DNA of 64,000 bases from Phaeosaccion multiseriatum (taxonomy: Eukaryota; Protista; Ochrophyta, other classes). Position numbers and translations under genes: made by a program. Location of the stretch: contig OZ218953.1 in the NCBI GenBank assembly GCA_965112735.1, positions 3,100,001 through 3,164,000 on the forward strand, given 5' to 3'. The notes beneath the pieces were generated by a model. It saw nothing but the letters and a program-made list of their open reading frames with translations, had not been told where the DNA came from and ran no database searches. Positions 62,601-64,000 of this stretch are shown here, piece by piece; the stretch's first letter is position 1; every line of letters begins with the position of its first letter.

Positions 62601-64000
62601 AACAAAGGTAGGGGCAGGGGGGTGGCTCCTTTTGCATTCTCTGCCCTCCACCCACCCCCAGTCCTCATTCGTTCTCTTCCATGGTCTCACTCCCCCCCCC
62701 CCCCCCACACACACCCTGCCTCCCCTCCACTTCCCTCCCCTCCCATCCCCTCCCCCCCTGCACACCCTGCACACCACCCCCAGACGGACCGCAATATAGC
62801 CAAGAAGCTTTGCCTTGCCATGATGTACGGTCTCGGCGCAGGCTCACTCGCTCGTCAGCTCGGCATGAGCGAGGGGCAGGCCCTGCGTCACAAGCAAGCC
62901 TTCCACCGCGCCTTCCCGCAGATGGTGCGTGGGGTGGGATGGGATGGGGTGGCGTGGGGTGGCTTCTCCCTACCTCTGTATGCCTACCTGCCTACCTACC
63001 CACCTACCTACCTACCTCCCTACTTTCTTCGTACCTACCTACATACCTACCTATCTGCCTACCCACCTACTTACCTACCTATCTGCCTACCTGCCTACTT
63101 GCCTACCTACCTACCTGCCTGCCTGTCTTCCCACTTAACGGCCCGCCTGCTCAAGGTCTCTCTTCTCTTTCTTGGGCCACACCCACACATTCGCAGCACT
63201 CGGTCGTGTTTCCTCCCTGTTCCCTACCTCCGCTGCGCTCTGAGCCGCTCTGGGCCGCTTCTATCCTCTCCTCTCCTCTCCACTCCACTCCACTCCTCTC
63301 CTCTCCTCTCCTCTCCTCTCCTCTCCTCTCCCTCTCCTCTCCTCTCCTCTCCTCTCCTCTCCTCTCCTCTCCCTCCCTCTCCTCTCCTCTTCTCTCTTCT
63401 CCTCTTCTCTCCTCTCCTCTTCTCTTCTCTCCTCTCCTCTCCTCTCCTCTCCTCCCCTCTTATCCCCTCCCCCCCCCTCCCCCCCCCTCTCCTCTCCTCT
63501 CCTCTCGTCTCGTCCCTACAGAGGGCATTTGTGGAAAGGTGCAAGAGCGATGCAAGGGCGAACGGCTTCGTCACCACCATCACGGGGAGGCGCAGGTGTG
63601 TGTTGGGGGGCGCTCTCTCTGTCTCTCGCTCGCTCGCTCTCTGTGTCTCTCTGGCGCTCTCTCTCTCTCTCTCGCTCGCTCGCTCTCTGTGTCTCTCTGG
63701 CGCTCTCTCTCTCTCTCGCTCGCTCGCTCTCTGTGTCTCTCTGGCTCTCTCTCTCTCTCTCGCTCTCTCTTGTGTCTGCGTCTCTCTGTCTCTCGCTCGC
63801 TCGCTCTCTGTGTCTCTCTGGCGCTCTCTCTCTCTCTCGCTCTCTCTTGTGTCTGCGTCTCTCTGTCTCTGTCTCTGTGTCTATCTCTGTCTTTCTTTGC
63901 CTTTGATGCATCACCAACCGCGACGGCTACTTTTTCGTCCTTTTTCGTCCGTAGGCTTCTTCCTGAGCTACGCAGCTCCTCCGCCGCTGCAAGGGCTACG
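56351..64000 (+). CDS. Family A DNA polymerase, POLN (nu)-like, with a long disordered N-terminus (3' end off the window)
   Basis: Motifs DPMIAAWMLN, MEMPLACVLSAMELRGV, FNCSSPEQVAKVLY, STSEDVLESL, TRTGRISCSRPNLQ, NIRDAF..VCADYRQMEMSVMAH (motif A), RNIAKKLCLAMMYG (motif B) and GFVTTITGRRR. First exons 56351-57586 and 57844-58260. No helicase domain is seen. Confidence 0.88.

Overview
Gene-dense eukaryotic nuclear DNA. It is GC-rich with short GT-AG introns full of microsatellites. Bipartite plastid-type presequences and a RecG gene suggest a photosynthetic stramenopile, possibly eustigmatophyte-like (inference). About 15 protein-coding genes can be reconstructed by eye: IQ/B-box protein (partial), IMPACT/UPF0029-domain protein, acidic RVxF protein, ANKRD13, COPI-associated/TVP15-like protein, an intronless 7x~120-aa repeat protein, a type I membrane protein, a GT-A glycosyltransferase, PPR-SMR, a class-3/Atg15-like lipase, an NDRG hydrolase, RecG, an ankyrin protein, VPS2 and a POLN-like family A polymerase (partial). 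Four things stand out. (1) RecG is spliced in frame to a C-terminal DEDDh 3'-5' exonuclease with intact catalytic motifs. (2) A probably plastid-targeted protein is built from seven ~120-aa mTERF-like super-repeats, each with a variable basic segment. (3) A family of nested non-autonomous elements has TCGA termini and 6-bp target-site duplications at two intergenic loci and fits no DNA-transposon superfamily I can name. (4) Many introns carry complementary simple repeats at their 5' and 3' halves. All exon boundaries are manual readings without RNA data or database searches.
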